63,660 bases of DNA from Saprolegnia diclina VS20. Its lineage: Eukaryota. This document shows, piece after piece, positions 1 through 12,810 of this stretch. How positions within the stretch are numbered: the stretch's first letter is position 1; each line of letters opens with the position of its first letter. The DNA is taken from the NCBI RefSeq assembly GCF_000281045.1, contig NW_008246094.1, positions 312,949-376,608 of the forward strand, written 5' to 3'. The notes beneath the pieces are model-generated. The model searched no databases. It saw nothing but the letters and a program-made list of their open reading frames with translations, and was not told the DNA's origin. Both the position numbers and the translations under genes were made by a program.

Positions 1-789
1 AGCGATGAGGGCTGTTGCCTCGATGTCAGTGCTGGGCTATGCCATAACATCCTACTAGCGTACTAGTTCTCTACTACCCTATGAATCAATACAAATTTTG
101 CTCGTATTTCTAGTAGGCTTAGAGAGGGTGCAGTGAGACTCGCTCTGCTGTCGTCTATATTCGCCGTTTGATCACAATTCTACTTATTGGCCAATCACGT
201 TGTAGGAAAGAGGCGAAAAACGACCTTTTTGACCAATCCATGTCGACCAGCGGGGTGCGCTGCCGATTCCAAGGCGATCGGCGGCCAAATGACGTTTGAA
301 AATGGCATTGCCCATACTTGGCACCGTGATAGAGACTCATTTGGAGAGCACGAAACGCTACGTCGCGTCGACGGTGCTGGTGTTTAGCTCGAGAAATCTG
401 CTTTCAAAGATTGGAGCGCACGCTATCTCATGTTTTACGGATATAGTGTGAGCATGTGTGCCATGATTAGTGTGCGCACACGTGCCGTGATTGGCCGATT
501 CAGGAGGCATTTGCGCGAATCACGGCGACACCGTCAAGTGACACCGAATGATCTTCCGCGCAACCCTCGTCCGTCAAAGCTTGCGACGGGAAATGTAGCG
601 TACATCTTCTATGTAAACGATATCTAAAAGCTCATACGTGGACATTGTCAGAGCCTCATGCGCCACGACATCCAAGGGACAGCTTCGACTACTACTGGCG
701 TCGTCCGCGGTCACGCAACACACCGCGCCGTGATTCGCCAAAACTTGGCGGCATATCTACCAATCGTGGTCCTTCGTCGCATTTCCAGC

Positions 790-1104
790 ATGGCCCGCAA
801 GATCAACTGGGCCGGCGTCGGGCTCTCGGTCATCACGGGCACGAGCCTCGCCGCCGTGAGCATCATGGCGTACTTTCGCTTTGAGTTTCCCGAGCAATTT
901 GCCGAGGGCAGCGTGCGCCAGTCGCGCCCCGAGGCCTGGACCGACGAAGAGCGCCAGTGGGGCGCCTTTGGCTCGGGCCTCGCCGACGCCATTCCGTCCG
1001 CCGTCACCAACGTCTTCCGCTTCGAGAACGTCGCCGAGCGCATCGAGGCGCGCCGCGCCAAGCGTCGTCAAGAGATCCAAGACATCATTAACCAAAAAGA
1101 TTAG
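790..1104 (+). CDS. Small hypothetical single-pass membrane protein (~104 aa)
   Basis: ATG at 790 inside ORF 658..1104. N-terminal hydrophobic segment WAGVGLSVITGTSLAAVSIMAYF, GC3-rich codon usage and upstream CCAAT boxes. No family recognised. Confidence 0.7.
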   Translation: MARKINWAGVGLSVITGTSLAAVSIMAYFRFEFPEQFAEGSVRQSRPEAWTDEERQWGAFGSGLADAIPSAVTNVFRFENVAERIEARRAKRRQEIQDIINQKD

Positions 1105-1116
1105 CTTGCGCTCTTT

Positions 1117-1455
1117 CTACGACTTGACTACCTTGTAGCGCCCAACGACCGCGCCGAGCAGCGGTGTCGGGCTCACTGTCGCATTTTGGAGGTGGCAGAT
1201 ACTGTCGGTGATTGTAAAGCTGGTGCAGGACGGTGCCGAAGCGCATGCATCGCAGCAGGCGTTCAGCTGCCCGAGGAGATCACCCCCTTGCATATTGCGC
1301 TTCTCCAGGATGATAGCATCGAAGTTCATGTTGATCATGACGCCATAGCAGTGCGCGTGCAAAGCCATCTTGGCGCCTTCGTAACACGTAGCGTCGGCCA
1401 GCACGAGGCGGAGCGGTACGAGCGCAAGGAGCACGAGCGTTGACGTATGCAGCAT
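1117..1455 (-). CDS. Small secreted PAN/apple-domain-like protein
   Basis: Signal-peptide-like MLHTSTLVLLALVPLRLVLA. Motif GGDL...ACCDACASAPSCTSFT...CHL matches the PAN/apple Cys pattern common in oomycete CBEL-type proteins. Confidence 0.7.
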   Translation of the reverse strand: MLHTSTLVLLALVPLRLVLADATCYEGAKMALHAHCYGVMINMNFDAIILEKRNMQGGDLLGQLNACCDACASAPSCTSFTITDSICHLQNATVSPTPLLGAVVGRYKVVKS

Positions 1456-1585
1456 CGTAGTGCGTGGGTCGATCGAGTGTCGTTTTCTCGCCGTGATGTA
1501 AAGGCATCGGTGGCCCCGTCCCATTCTACGCTTTTTCAAGCAGCTAACTCAGGAGACAATAGCAAATAAAACGCCTGGCTCTTCG

Positions 1586-4500
1586 TTAGCCTTTTGTCAG
1601 TGGGTACAAGACGGGCGGCAGCGGTGTGCTCTCGCCGTGCATTTGAAGCACGTGGTTGTTGCCGCGGAGGTCCCAGCCGGCATGCGGTCCGTCCGACGCA
1701 GTGGCTTGGTGGTGGGCCTTGATACGCTGCTCGAGCAACGTTGGAACGTGGTTACTGGGCAGCGTCTCGACGCGCGCCACCAGCATCCCGTCGTCATTCG
1801 TTGTAAAATAGTCGTCCAGGCGGTTGCCGCCGTCGTCGTCGTCGTCGTCCGGTTGCAGATATGCGGGATCGAGATGGTACTGGAGTCCGTTGCCGTCCAT
1901 GTGCCGGTACACGGGCTGCTGCGTCTGGAGCGCGTCCAGCACGGCCACGTCGTACTCGACTGCGTCACTTGGTACATTGATAATTTGCGACATGTCGTGC
2001 CGCGTCGGGCGCGCGCGCCGCACTGCGTGGGCTTTAGGATTTCGCTGTGGCGGGCGCATGGGCGGCGGCACCGGACTCTTCTTTTTCGGGATCGACTGCA
2101 GCCGCCCGCCACCCCCCACGACGCGCGTCGGCAGGCTATTTGGCGCGCGCGGCGATGTCAAGTTGGGCGAGCTATAGTCGTGCTCGGAAATGTCCCGTGT
2201 AAAGGACGCGAAGGGCCCAAAATCGTCGCCGAGCTCGCTGCGATCTTCGGGGTTGGAGACGGGCCGGGAGACAGCAAAGGGGCCGATCGCACCCATCGCT
2301 ATCCGAGCGTGGAGACCAAACTGCGTCTCGTAGTCAGCGACCACGTTCGTCCGCACAAACGGCGCGCGGGCCGGCGCTTTCTCGAGCGACGCTTGCGTGA
2401 GCTTTGGAAGGACCGCGCCTTTGGTCCGCGCGATGCTGCGCCGGAGCAAGTGCCCCTGCGCGTACTCGGTCGTTGCGTCGCGACTGTGGTGCGTTAACGA
2501 GAAAAAATGGTGGTCGAGCTCCTCGTCCGGGATCAGCGACGTGATGTTGGTGAGGACGCTCTCGGGCGCCGAAAAGTCCATGCCATGCAGCTTGGCGCGC
2601 TCTTTGATCGGTGACCGCCGCGGCGGATACGTCTGCACGCTGCCGTCGGCCATGTCTTCGACCGCTTGGACCGCTTCGTCGACGCGAGTCATGAAGCGGA
2701 CTTTCTCGATGGTGAGGTACCCGCTGGCATCCTCTTCGGCCATACCGCTCTACGAACACATATATAAGAACTCATAGTAGATGTTCCTTTGCGCGACTTG
2801 ATCGAGCATGAGCTTGAGCGATGCGACGCGGTCGCGCAGGTTGGCGACACGGTGCTTGTACTGGTACAGCTCGAATTCTTGATCCATGATCTTGCGCGTC
2901 GTCGCTTGCTCGTACGCGCGGAAGCGCAGCAAGCGCGCTGCAAAGTCCTCGAGCACCAAGAGGCTGCGTTCGGCATGCATCTTGCCAACGCCAATCTCAC
3001 ACTGCGTGCGCTGCTTCTCCTCGAGAATGCGTGCGTCGCGCCGGGCGATCTGCCGCAAGAGCTCGAGTCGCTCGGCCTCGCGCCGCGTAATCTCGTGCCC
3101 GAGCTCGACGATGCGGTACTCGCACTGCACTTTGAGCTCATGGCCTTTGAGCGAGTGGCGCCGTTTGGTCGTCGAGAAGGCCGGGTTCTCATGGCGCATG
3201 TCCATCAGCGCCTAAACAAAAGTCACTCATTTGGAAGACCAAGGGGCAGAGTGACCATGACGGCGACGACGCTCTTGTGCATAACGTCGGCCGCCGACTT
3301 GCTCGGCAGCGACACGTGCTGCACGTCGCCGATCCCAAGCGACGCCTCGAGATGGCCGTTGCCCAAGGCAAACGCGTGCTCGTAGTGACCCTTGAGCTCG
3401 ACGATGGCCTCGTCAAACGTAACTTCATGCTTTCGAATGCGGTCCATGAGCCCGGCCGTGGATGTGTTGAGCTGCGACATAACCAATTGGCTCGCGTTGG
3501 ACTCGAGTTGGAGCACGCGCTTCTCTCGCACGAGTGCGTCTCGCTCGACCGTCATGTTGCGAATGATTTTCTCTTGCTGCTCGAGGCGTTGATGGAGGAT
3601 CTTGACTTCCATGTGATTGGCCTCGATCGTCTACGGTCGCGTGAGTGATTTGTATCAACTTGATACTTGTGCCTTGGAGAGGTCGTTGATCTGGGCTTCG
3701 TTCTCGCGGCGCATATACGCCATTTCGCGCATTTGAGACATGGCCACCTTGAGCTCGAGCTCCACTTTGTTGACCGACTCTTTCGCGCCGTCCTCCACAA
3801 CCTTGCACCGGTCTTTCATCGCGTTAAACCTACACAACCACTGATGGACAACATTGGTCCAACTTGCATACCCAATGGTCATGCGCTCGACGTTGCGCTC
3901 CATCTCGGCTATTTGACTCCGGAGCTGGTCGTTGACTTTATCGAGCTGCTGCAGTGACGTCTGGCTCGTCGCGAACGCGCGCTTGGCGAGCTGCAAGTCG
4001 TTTTCGACCGACTCGAGCGTCGCGCGGACGTTCCAGAGGTGTTCTTGGCTCTTCTCACGCTCGGCGCGCATCGTCTCAATGTCTTTTTCGAGCTCGACCT
4101 TTTTGTTGAGGAGCCTCTCGATGCGGAGCCGGTCGCCTTCGCGCATGTGGTTGTTCTTCTTCTCCATCAAGAGCAGCTGCGCTTGGGCTTCGAGCACCAT
4201 ATAATCGCGCTTTTGCTGCCCCACTTGGAGCGTGAGCGCCGCCACGTCGGCGGTCAGAGACGCGCACGCGCCACGGTCCTTCTCCATGACGTTTTTCAGC
4301 GAGAGAACGGTCGCGTCGGCTTCTTCGAGCGCACTTGTCTTGGCCGCGAGGGCAATGGTCGTTGTATGGAGCTCGGCAGAGAGCGACGCAACTCTGGCTT
4401 CGAGCTTTTCGTTGCTGAGCGCGAGGACCTCTCGGGCCGCGTGGTGCTTGAGCCGCTCGAGTGAGCCCGCTTTAATCTCGCTCTTGGCAAGGTCGAGTTC

Positions 4501-5872
4501 GTCCTTGATCGCTTGGTTGGCGGCTTGGAGCTCGCGCATGCGGTCGGCCGCGCGCGTCTTGTGTTCGTCGACTTTGGCCTTGTAATCGTCGACGTTTTGG
4601 AGCTACATGTCTCATAGTCTTCTGGATCACCGAGACTAAGCCTACTTCGTGAAGATAGCCCGTCAACTCGACTTGGAGATTGGACTTTTCGGCCAATGCG
4701 ATGTGCAGCGACTGGCTCGTGTTCGCGAGCTCCTCGCGTGTCGCGGCAACGGTGTTTTCGAGCTCGAGAATCTCAAGGTTGGCAAGGCGCACGAGGTCGT
4801 CGGACGCCGCCGTGGCCTCTCGCGCCGCTTGCACCTGTCCGAGAACATGACTTTTGTATCCACGATGAGAGAGTCGAGTACCTCGTCTCGCAAGGCGGCA
4901 ATGGTCGCGTCCCGACTGCTCACTTCCGCGACACGCTCGGCCACGATTGCTCGCTCGGCGTGCGTCTCTGCCTACACTTTTGTTTCAATGTACCACGTCG
5001 GAAAGAAAGGACAAACTTGGGCCGTGACAATGGCCGCTTGCAATGTCGACGTCTGGAGCTCGTACTCGCGGATCGCATTCTGCTTCCAGACCGCGGTCGC
5101 GTGGTTGAACTTGAGCATCGCCATTTCGTACCGTCCGTCTTCGCACTTTTCCAGCAAGTGTAGAAACGTGAGCCAAATGTTGGCCGCAATGTGCGACTCG
5201 GCGTACGCCGGGCAGTGCCGGCCAATCTCGTGAATGAGCGTGTGAAAGCCGCTCGAATAGACGAAAAGACCGCGGAATATACGGTCCACGATCGCCTTGG
5301 GCATGCCGAGCCGGAGCAGCGAGCCCGAGTCGATGCCCGCGCCTTCGAGTGGGCTTTTGTCGGGCGCGGAAAATATCGTTTGAATGTCGTTGTACTCGAG
5401 TTTGCTCTGGTACAATAGCGCTTGCTTCTTTGCATCGCTAGTTGCGTCTTCGGCCACGTACGAGCCCGAGAGCGGGATCAACTGGATAGCACCGCGTAAG
5501 AGGTGGGCGTTGACCCACGCCTCGACGGCGCCCGGGTCGTGCGTCTTGACGGCTTCGTCTTCGAGGTGCTCGGTGGGCGCAAAGAGCGGCACGTCGCCAA
5601 GACTGTGGGGCAACGTCGGAGCGCCCTGCCGCTTTGCAAACATGGACTGCGACTCCTTCTTCATGCGAATGATCTCGAGCTCTGCGGGGGGAATCGCCCC
5701 CCACTTGGTATCTGCATAATCCATGTGAGCTAACCGAAAAACGAGAAGCGCCATGTACCAAACTGAAGGATGCTGCGCGTCGAGGCCTCGGGGATGACCC
5801 GCAGCCGCGGCTCTATGACGCGCCGATAGCATCGCGGTGCATTCGTCATCGCCACGTACCTCGTGGCTCCAT
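1586..5872 (-). CDS. Large multi-exon coiled-coil protein of unknown function
   Basis: ATG at 5872 plus two short introns gives MEPREPRLRVIPEASTRSILQFDTKWG. It continues through ORF segments 4972-5710, 4663-4944, 4472-4834, 3655-4539, 3223-3612, 2750-3205 and 1586-2743, separated by intron-sized gaps. Long heptad-rich centre and disordered C-terminus. Internal exon boundaries are approximate. Confidence 0.7.
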
Positions 5873-5942
5873 CGCCCCGCCTTTCCGTGCCGTTATCTGT
5901 ACAAGAAACGCTTATAGACGCGCTTATCGACTAACTTGGGCA

Positions 5943-8900
5943 CTAGTAGAGTCTCTTTGACACCGATGACGGCGGCTTGGGGCTACTGCGCGCTGGCGCC
6001 AACGGCGTCTTGGGCTTGACGCGCCGCTTGGGCTTGGGCGGCGTCATGGTGGCATGTGGTGGCGCCGGGTGCAGCGGTGCCTGGTGCAGTCGCTGCAGTA
6101 AGCGGTCTTGGAGCGACCGAATGTCATCGTGAATGCTCTTCGTGTGCACGTCGAGGGCCGCCAACTCTGTATCGAGCGCAACTTCTTGGTTGCTTCGACT
6201 CAGCATCGGCGGCATCGCGATCGTGGCCTGGACGTCTTGAAGAAGCGACGTCACTTTGGTCGCCTCGCTGCTGCGGAGGCTCTCGACTTGGGATGAGAGC
6301 GCGGCGACGTGCGCATTCTTTTCGTGGAGGAGCTTGAGCAGCTCGGCGTTGCGGGCTTCGACAGCCACGCGCTGCTGGTCACTCGCATACGCGGCGTCGC
6401 GCGCGTGCAGGAGCTCGCGCTCGGCATCTTCTTCGCGCGTGTGGATGTCGCGGCACGTCTGCGCAAGGCGCCGTTCGTACTCGTGGCAGCGCACGGCCGC
6501 GTCCTGCCGCTCGGCGCGCTCGGTCGCGAGAAGGTGCTCATTGGACTGCGCCGCGGCTTCAGTTGTCGCCAGCTGGTCCTCGAGTGCTGCGGTATGTCGC
6601 GCTTGCTGCGCTAGCTGTTCAACTTGGCGGCGCGCCAGGTCTTTTTCGCGCTCGAGCTGCGTCGAGGTCGCCAAGAGCTCGTGTTTAACGTCCAGCAGCA
6701 TGCGCTGGAGCCGCTCGACGTCTTGCACGTGGACCTGCACGGCCGCGTCCATCTCGGCGCGGTCGCGGGCGTGGGCTTGTGCCTGGAGTCGCAAAAGTGT
6801 CTCATTCTCTTCCACTTGCCCTTGGGTGGTGGCCACCTCACCACGCAGAGTTGCGATCGCAGCGTCCTTCTCCGCACACAGCGTATACGCGTCGGCGACA
6901 GCCGCGTCTTTGGTCGCTAGCTTGGTTTCTAGCGACGCTATCTGTGCTTGGAGTGCTTCATTAGTCGAGCGAAGCGTGCTCACAGTGTCGGCGGCCGCGT
7001 CCTGTGCGTCTTGCGCGTCGCGCGTCATGTCTTCGAGAGCGACCATTTGCGCACTGCGCATCATGGCGTGCCGGAGAACCCAGTGCGACCAGCACCTCGT
7101 TCGTAGACGCCCATGCGACTGATATGCAAGCAGCGCCAACAGTCGTTTCGTGCGGCCTTGCAGGCTTGCCCACCGCCGCCACCTACGTCGTTGTCGTCAT
7201 CTTACTCGGTGCCATACGTGGTAAGCAACCGGTGCCAAAGGCTTGCGGCCGTCCACAGCTGCATGCGCGCTTCCAGCTTGAGCAGGTTCTTGTCGCGGCG
7301 TCGCATCTCACGCGCGAGAAAGACGGCGTGGCGGAGCCCGAAAAACACCTTGCGGAGCTGCGCCTGCTTGTGCGCGCGTCGGTGGCGCAGGTGCAGCACA
7401 GCTTCTGCGCCCCAGACCCGCCACACCTTGCGCAACCATTTGGTGCTATAGTGTTTGTATGCCTTGAGATACCCAAGGACATATTTTCTCCGCCTTGTCT
7501 TGTAGAGCACCCAGCAGCGCCACGTTCGCTTCATACAGTGTGTCGTCGCATGGCGAAGTGCAATCTGCGACCCGCGGCTTGCATCGCGCGCGCCTGCACT
7601 CGTGGCTGCCCAGTGCGCGACGATTTTCCGAAGGCAGAAGCGATTGGCCTTGCAACGCCGCTGTCCCGCCGCCAGTGCATTGGCATGGCACCGCTACGTC
7701 GTCCATCATTGTCCAGCAGCAACGTCGGCGCAGCGTACCTGCCAGAGGCGCCAGTGCGCCTGCCGCCGCATGCTCTTGGCCATCGTGATTGCGCGCTGCA
7801 GCTGCCGCCACGCACCAAAGGTCACCGCTCGCGTGCGTTGCGCTCGACGGGAGAGCAACGAGCGCTCGATGTCAATCCGCGGGCGCCTTTGGCTTTGGGC
7901 AAAAAGGTGCAACTGGTGGAAATTCTTGTAGAGCACGAGCCGGTCGCGGCTGCGCTGGAGGGACCGGCGGTGGCGACGCTGTAAAAAGTGCCCCCGCGCG
8001 ACGTGGCGCCATGCGCCGAAACATGCCCGGACGCACTGCCGTTCGGCCTGGAGACGGGACGCGGCTTGCGCGCGCCGCACGAATGCCCGTTGAGTTGCCA
8101 GCGTTTGCCAGCTTTGAAAGAGACGGCGCACACGACCGTTAGCGCGACGAGTCGACGCAAATTTTGTGATGGCGCTAAACCGACCAATGTTGGCCCAGCG
8201 CTCAAAGCAAGCAGCTGCGACACGCGAAAGGTGCTGCTGCGCGTAGCGTGCTGCACGTCGCTGCGTCGCCGCATGCGTCTGCCACGCTGCAAAGGCGCGC
8301 TGGGCACGGACCGCGACGGAGCGAGCTGTGAGCGCATCCGCGCGCTGTCGACGTCGACACCATTGGTGCCAGCCTTGCAGCAGCCGCTGAAGTTTAGTCT
8401 GCCAGAGACGCGATGTTTTGTGTGTTGGCGACGCGATGGAGGGGGCGATAGAATGCCGGTAGTGCGTCGGATACAAGCGCGGTGCGGGTGTCATGTCGGC
8501 CAAGAACATTGTCGTCCGCGGCGCCGGGGGGCTGCCGTATTCACTCTCTCTATATACCGACTCGCGAGGGTGCCACGGGTCGATGGCCACTGGAGGCGGT
8601 GGCGGCGTCGCAGCACGACCGTAGCTGCACTTACTGACCTTACTAGGAGGTAGGTGGGCCGTGCGGGCGCTCGACGCAGTGCTTGTCCTTCGGAGACCAG
8701 CATCCGGACCGTCGTCGTCGTCTGAGAGGCGGCTCGCTGCATATGGATGCAGGTTGCTTCGGGTGTTGATGGGAATCCCACTGCGGTCTGCCAAAGGCTT
8801 GGCTCGTCTCGTCGGTGGAACGGACGGTGTCTCGGGCGAGCGCTCGCATTCGTTCGAGTCTTCAACGCTTGCATCGTCGACGGGAGGTTCTAACTGCGAT

Positions 8901-10594
8901 AAGCATCCGTGGGACATCACGGTCGTAGAGGGCGCGGTTGCCGAAGCCGTGTTCGTGTAGGGTGATGATGTCCTCGCGGTTCCTTGCGTTGCCGATGGCA
9001 TCAAGGAAGGACTGGCGTTCGAAGCGCACACAACGGCATTTGGGCGAGCGCTCGCTGCCTCCTCGGCCAAATGGCTCAACTTTATACCGAATGGCGCTGC
9101 GCGAGGCCGAGTGGATGCCGCAACTGTTTCTTCCGGCAATAAGATCGCAGGTCGCTGCAATGGTTCGCTGGGCGCCGCCATGTCGCGCAGCCGCCGAATC
9201 TGATGCTCGTACTCGAGTAGTTGGATCTCCAGCGCACGCTCGCGCTCCTGGCTCTGCGTCCGTGCGTCGCGCTCGTGCAGCGACTGTTCCATGAGCTGCA
9301 TCTGAAGCCGCAGCACAGCCTCGCGGTCTTCGAGTTGGTCGTCGTCGACGTGGTCGCTTGCTTTGGCCGGCATTTTCAATCGATGACGCCGCGTGGGGCT
9401 GAGCTGGCGCTGGGCTTTCACCTGCGCGATCGAGTCGAGGTGCCGAAACTCAAATTTGTTGACGGCTTCGCTCAGCGTCATGTCGGTAAAGTCGCCGCAG
9501 CGCGCGCCGGACGGCGGCAACCGGCGCCGCGATCGCTTCCACTCGTCGTCGCCCAGCATACCGTCCTCGAGCCCGTCTTGGCGATGTCCCTTTGCCGAGG
9601 GTGCAGCTGCAAGACGCTCCGAGTCGGAGTGGACGACACGCGTGGTGTCTGCCGTACGGGTGGGACGAAGCGTCGGCGCCCGCACGAGCAGCGACTTGAT
9701 GGCGTCCATGAGGTCGCGCCGGTTGCGCTCACAGAGGCCTCGGAGCTTGGCGATCGTGTTTTGCTGGACGGCGAGGACGCTCGCATACGCATCTTCCCAC
9801 GACGGTGCGGCCGGCGTCGCCAGCGATTTCAGCTTCTCCTTGGCCGCGGGCCCGAGCTTTTGCAGTAGCAATTTAGCTTTTCGAAGCGGGTACTGCTGGA
9901 GCTTCTCGTAGGCGCGGACCACCATGCGCTCTAATTGGCCCTCGGTCGTCGCGTCGTGCGCCGCCGGTGCGTCGTGGCTCCAGAGCCGGAGGAGCAGGTC
10001 GACGTTGACGGCCATCGACTCGAGCGGTGGCAGCGACGACGAGCCATAGACGACCAAGTAAAACTCCTTGTGCAACGCAATGCGCTGGACGAGCCACTCG
10101 AGGCGTGTGATGGCGCCGTGGTTCTCGGCCAAAAGCTGCCGCAGCGACGCGTCCTGGGCGATCAGAAAAGAAGAGACCTGGCGCTCTTTAGTCGATATAT
10201 CGAGCGTGTCGAGCACCGAGAGCGTCGGGAGCAGCTGCAGCACGCGCGGACGGTAGTTGGGCGACTCGCAAATCGGGTTGCCGACGAGGTACAGCGTCTT
10301 GAGATGCGGCGACGAGATATGCGCGAGCTCGTCAAAGCGCGCAATGGCGTTGCTCCCAAGCGAGAGCATCTTGAGGTGGCCAAACTGCTCGAGGCCGGCG
10401 AGCGACGCCAGGTTGTTCTGGCTCAGGTACACGCACGTGGTCGTGCGCGCGACGGACGCCACGACGGGCCCGATGACGTCGATGGCCTTGTTGACCATAT
10501 TGAGTTTGGTGCCATCGACGACGCGCATGCCATGGGCCTTGAGCACGTCCATGAGGCTCGTGCCCCGGCATCCCTTGCGCCGCTTCGACTCCAT
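5943..10594 (-). CDS. LRR + Sfi1-like repeat + coiled-coil protein (putative centrosome/basal-body protein)
   Basis: N-terminal LRRs (VYLSQNNL, MLSLGSNAI, TLYLVGNPI) with LRR cap YRPRVLQLLPTLSVLD. Repeated xxF/WxxW motifs at ~7080-8400 and a C-terminal coiled coil. GT-AG introns near 7695-7738 and 7182-7217 join ORFs 7706..10594, 7202..7534 and 5943..7139 in frame. Confidence 0.8.
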
Positions 10595-10624
10595 CGGCGC
10601 GATGGCACTGACATACTTGTATGG

Positions 10625-10643
10625 TATTATTATTATTATTATT
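10625..10643. repeat. (TAT)n microsatellite, about 6 units
   Basis: tattattattattattatt read directly, ~30 bp upstream of the LRR/Sfi1 gene start. Confidence 0.9.
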
Positions 10644-10734
10644 CAACAGCTATAGTAGAACCGAGATAACAATGATTGTAGCTATTGTATGCTGCTCATG
10701 GACGCTTTTTAAATGGGACGAAAGATCGCGCGCG

Positions 10735-11141
10735 TCAAGCGACCGGTCGGCGATCGCAAGCAGCGCCGACAGTGCGGCAGCATTGCGCTGCCAACGGCGA
10801 TAGGAGCTCGCGCAGAGGGTAGGTACCACCAACGATGCGTTTTGTCATTGCTACTACCATGACGCTTTCGCCTAACTCGGGCTACGACCTCTAGCCATGC
10901 ACGCCATGGGCGTACAGGTGCGACGGTCGGCGGAGCTGTCGGTGGCATACTTGGCGACGACGAGAGGCGCTACGAAAGTTACATGCTCGTGTGGTGATCC
11001 AGCAGTCGTCGTCGTCAACGGCGGTGATGCCACGAGGGCTTTCAACGAAGAAGGGCGGTCGATGGTGTTGTCGCCTTGGAGTATGCCAAGCGAGCTCAGC
11101 AGCCCGAGCTGGCGCTGGATCATCGCCATGTCCACGACCAT
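10735..11141 (-). CDS. Possible small hypothetical protein (two exons)
   Basis: ATG at 11141 (MVVDMAMIQRQLGLL...). A ~35 nt GT..AG intron near 10855-10889 joins in frame to VAMTKRIVGGTYPLRELL...*. CCAAT cluster at ~11195-11245 upstream. No homology recognised. Confidence 0.35.
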
Positions 11142-11939
11142 GCCATCCTCGCTAAAGCCCAGGCCTCTCCAAGATCGCGTCAATGTCGGCACGGGATTGG
11201 CTATATTTTCACATTATATAGCCAATCAAATGATTGGTTGGCTGAGACGTGAAAATGCATGGCTCTCCGCGTGCGCCCGGATGTCTCGGGCGGCGGTCGC
11301 CATTTTCAAAAAAAAATTCGTCGATGAGATTTCGACAGATTCTAGTAGACTATGAAGCGGGGAGTTGAATGCTGCAGCTATCGTGCTCGAAATCGCTCGG
11401 CATCCTGCTTAAATCGCCCAAAGTTCTTAGGATAGGGCTAGGTCTACGATATGATTGGTGGATACAAAATACGACAACCGGAATCCTTGCCATGACCACG
11501 CACGCACTGGCCAAGAGACACCAAGCACAGGCCTAACACGATCGCACCCTCGCCAGCACCAAAATGTACGCGTCTCGAAGAGGTCTTAGTAAGGCATCGC
11601 ATGGTGGCGGTGGCGGGCGCCAAGTCCAGATGAATGGCATTGTTGCACTGCGCCTGGTAGGCACAGTTTTCAGCAGCACGGAACACGAGCATACCACCAA
11701 GTCGTTCCAGTCAGATTGCCCACAGTCCGTTGGCGTCGTACAAGCTTCTGCATTGCATAACCATTGGTGTATGTAGGTTGGTATCTCGACCATGTTATCC
11801 TGTCGATGGCACCATGCATGGTGCGTAAAAGTTGCGTGCGCCCAGCCGTCGGCGTCGGATGCTGCCACGTGTGCGGTGGTTGCGGCGTATTTTTAATAAA
11901 ATAAAACGACGATTAGTTTTCGATTGTCTCGCTCCGACC

Positions 11940-12810
11940 ATGTCGTCGCCCGAAGCCTGGTACAATGGCCTGCCGCAGGTCACGCGCTTCTACCTCACGA
12001 CGTGCTTTGCGGCCACGTGCTTGACGCAGTTCGGTATGCTGAACCCGCGCTCCATCTACCTCGACCTGGAGCTCGTCGTCTACAAGTTCCATATCTGGCG
12101 CCTCGTCACGTGCTTTTGCTACGTCGGCAAGTTCAGCTTCCACTTCCTCGTTTGCCTCCTCTTGCTGTACGCCATCGCACAGAGCCTCGTCGCTCATGTC
12201 TCTGTAGCGGTCAGTATGGCAGCCGCCTCGAGGCCGACCCGTTCGTCGCCGGCGGCGGACCCACGGCCGACTTTGCGTTCATGATGCTCTGCGGCGCGTC
12301 CGTGCTCTGGGTACGATGGCCGCGCAGCAGCGACGAGGGCTTATGCGCGCTAGGTGGTGGGCGCTCTCATGGGCTACATCTTCCTCGGCGAGCCCATGAT
12401 CTTTATGATCCTGTACATGTGGAGCCGCAAGAACCCGACGCAACTGGTGTCGTTTTGGGGCTTCAAGTTTGAAGCGCTCTATTTCCCGTGGGCGATGATC
12501 GCGTTCACGCTCCTCACTGGCAACGACCCACTGCCGCAGCTCGCGGGTCTCTTTGCTGGTCACGTCTACTACTTCTTCCTCGAGATCCTGCCCAACACAA
12601 AGGGCATCACGCTTCTCAAGACGCCCCAGATCTTGTACTACCAATATATTTGTGATAGAAAGTCTGACCTCTTTCCTTAGGATCAACTGCTTTCCGTCCA
12701 CGGCGCGTCCCGTGTACGGTGCGCCGCCGGCCCAGCAGCGCGCGGGCGCCGAGGCGACGGGGCCCTCGCGCTACAACTGGGGCTCGGGCCGCACCCTCGG
12801 CTCCGACTAG
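11940..12810 (+). CDS. DER1: Derlin (Der1-like ERAD rhomboid pseudoprotease)
   Basis: WYNGLPQVTRFY, HIWRLVTCF (WR motif), YGSRLE, ADFAFM, LYMWSRKNP, ALYFPW, GLFAGHVYYFF and C-terminal YNWGSGRTLG (SHP-box-like). Three short introns. Confidence 0.93.

Noticed and set aside
658..789. N-terminal extensions given by the ORF track here and at 14714, 19291, 21206, 23656, 27177, 50373 and 52727
   Set aside because: Most start at non-ATG codons or run through promoter/5' UTR-like sequence. Downstream ATGs fit conserved N-termini, signal peptides or the myristoylation motif better.
11400..11870. Short Cys/Trp-containing ORFs upstream of Derlin
   Set aside because: Non-ATG starts, weak codon bias and no family signature.
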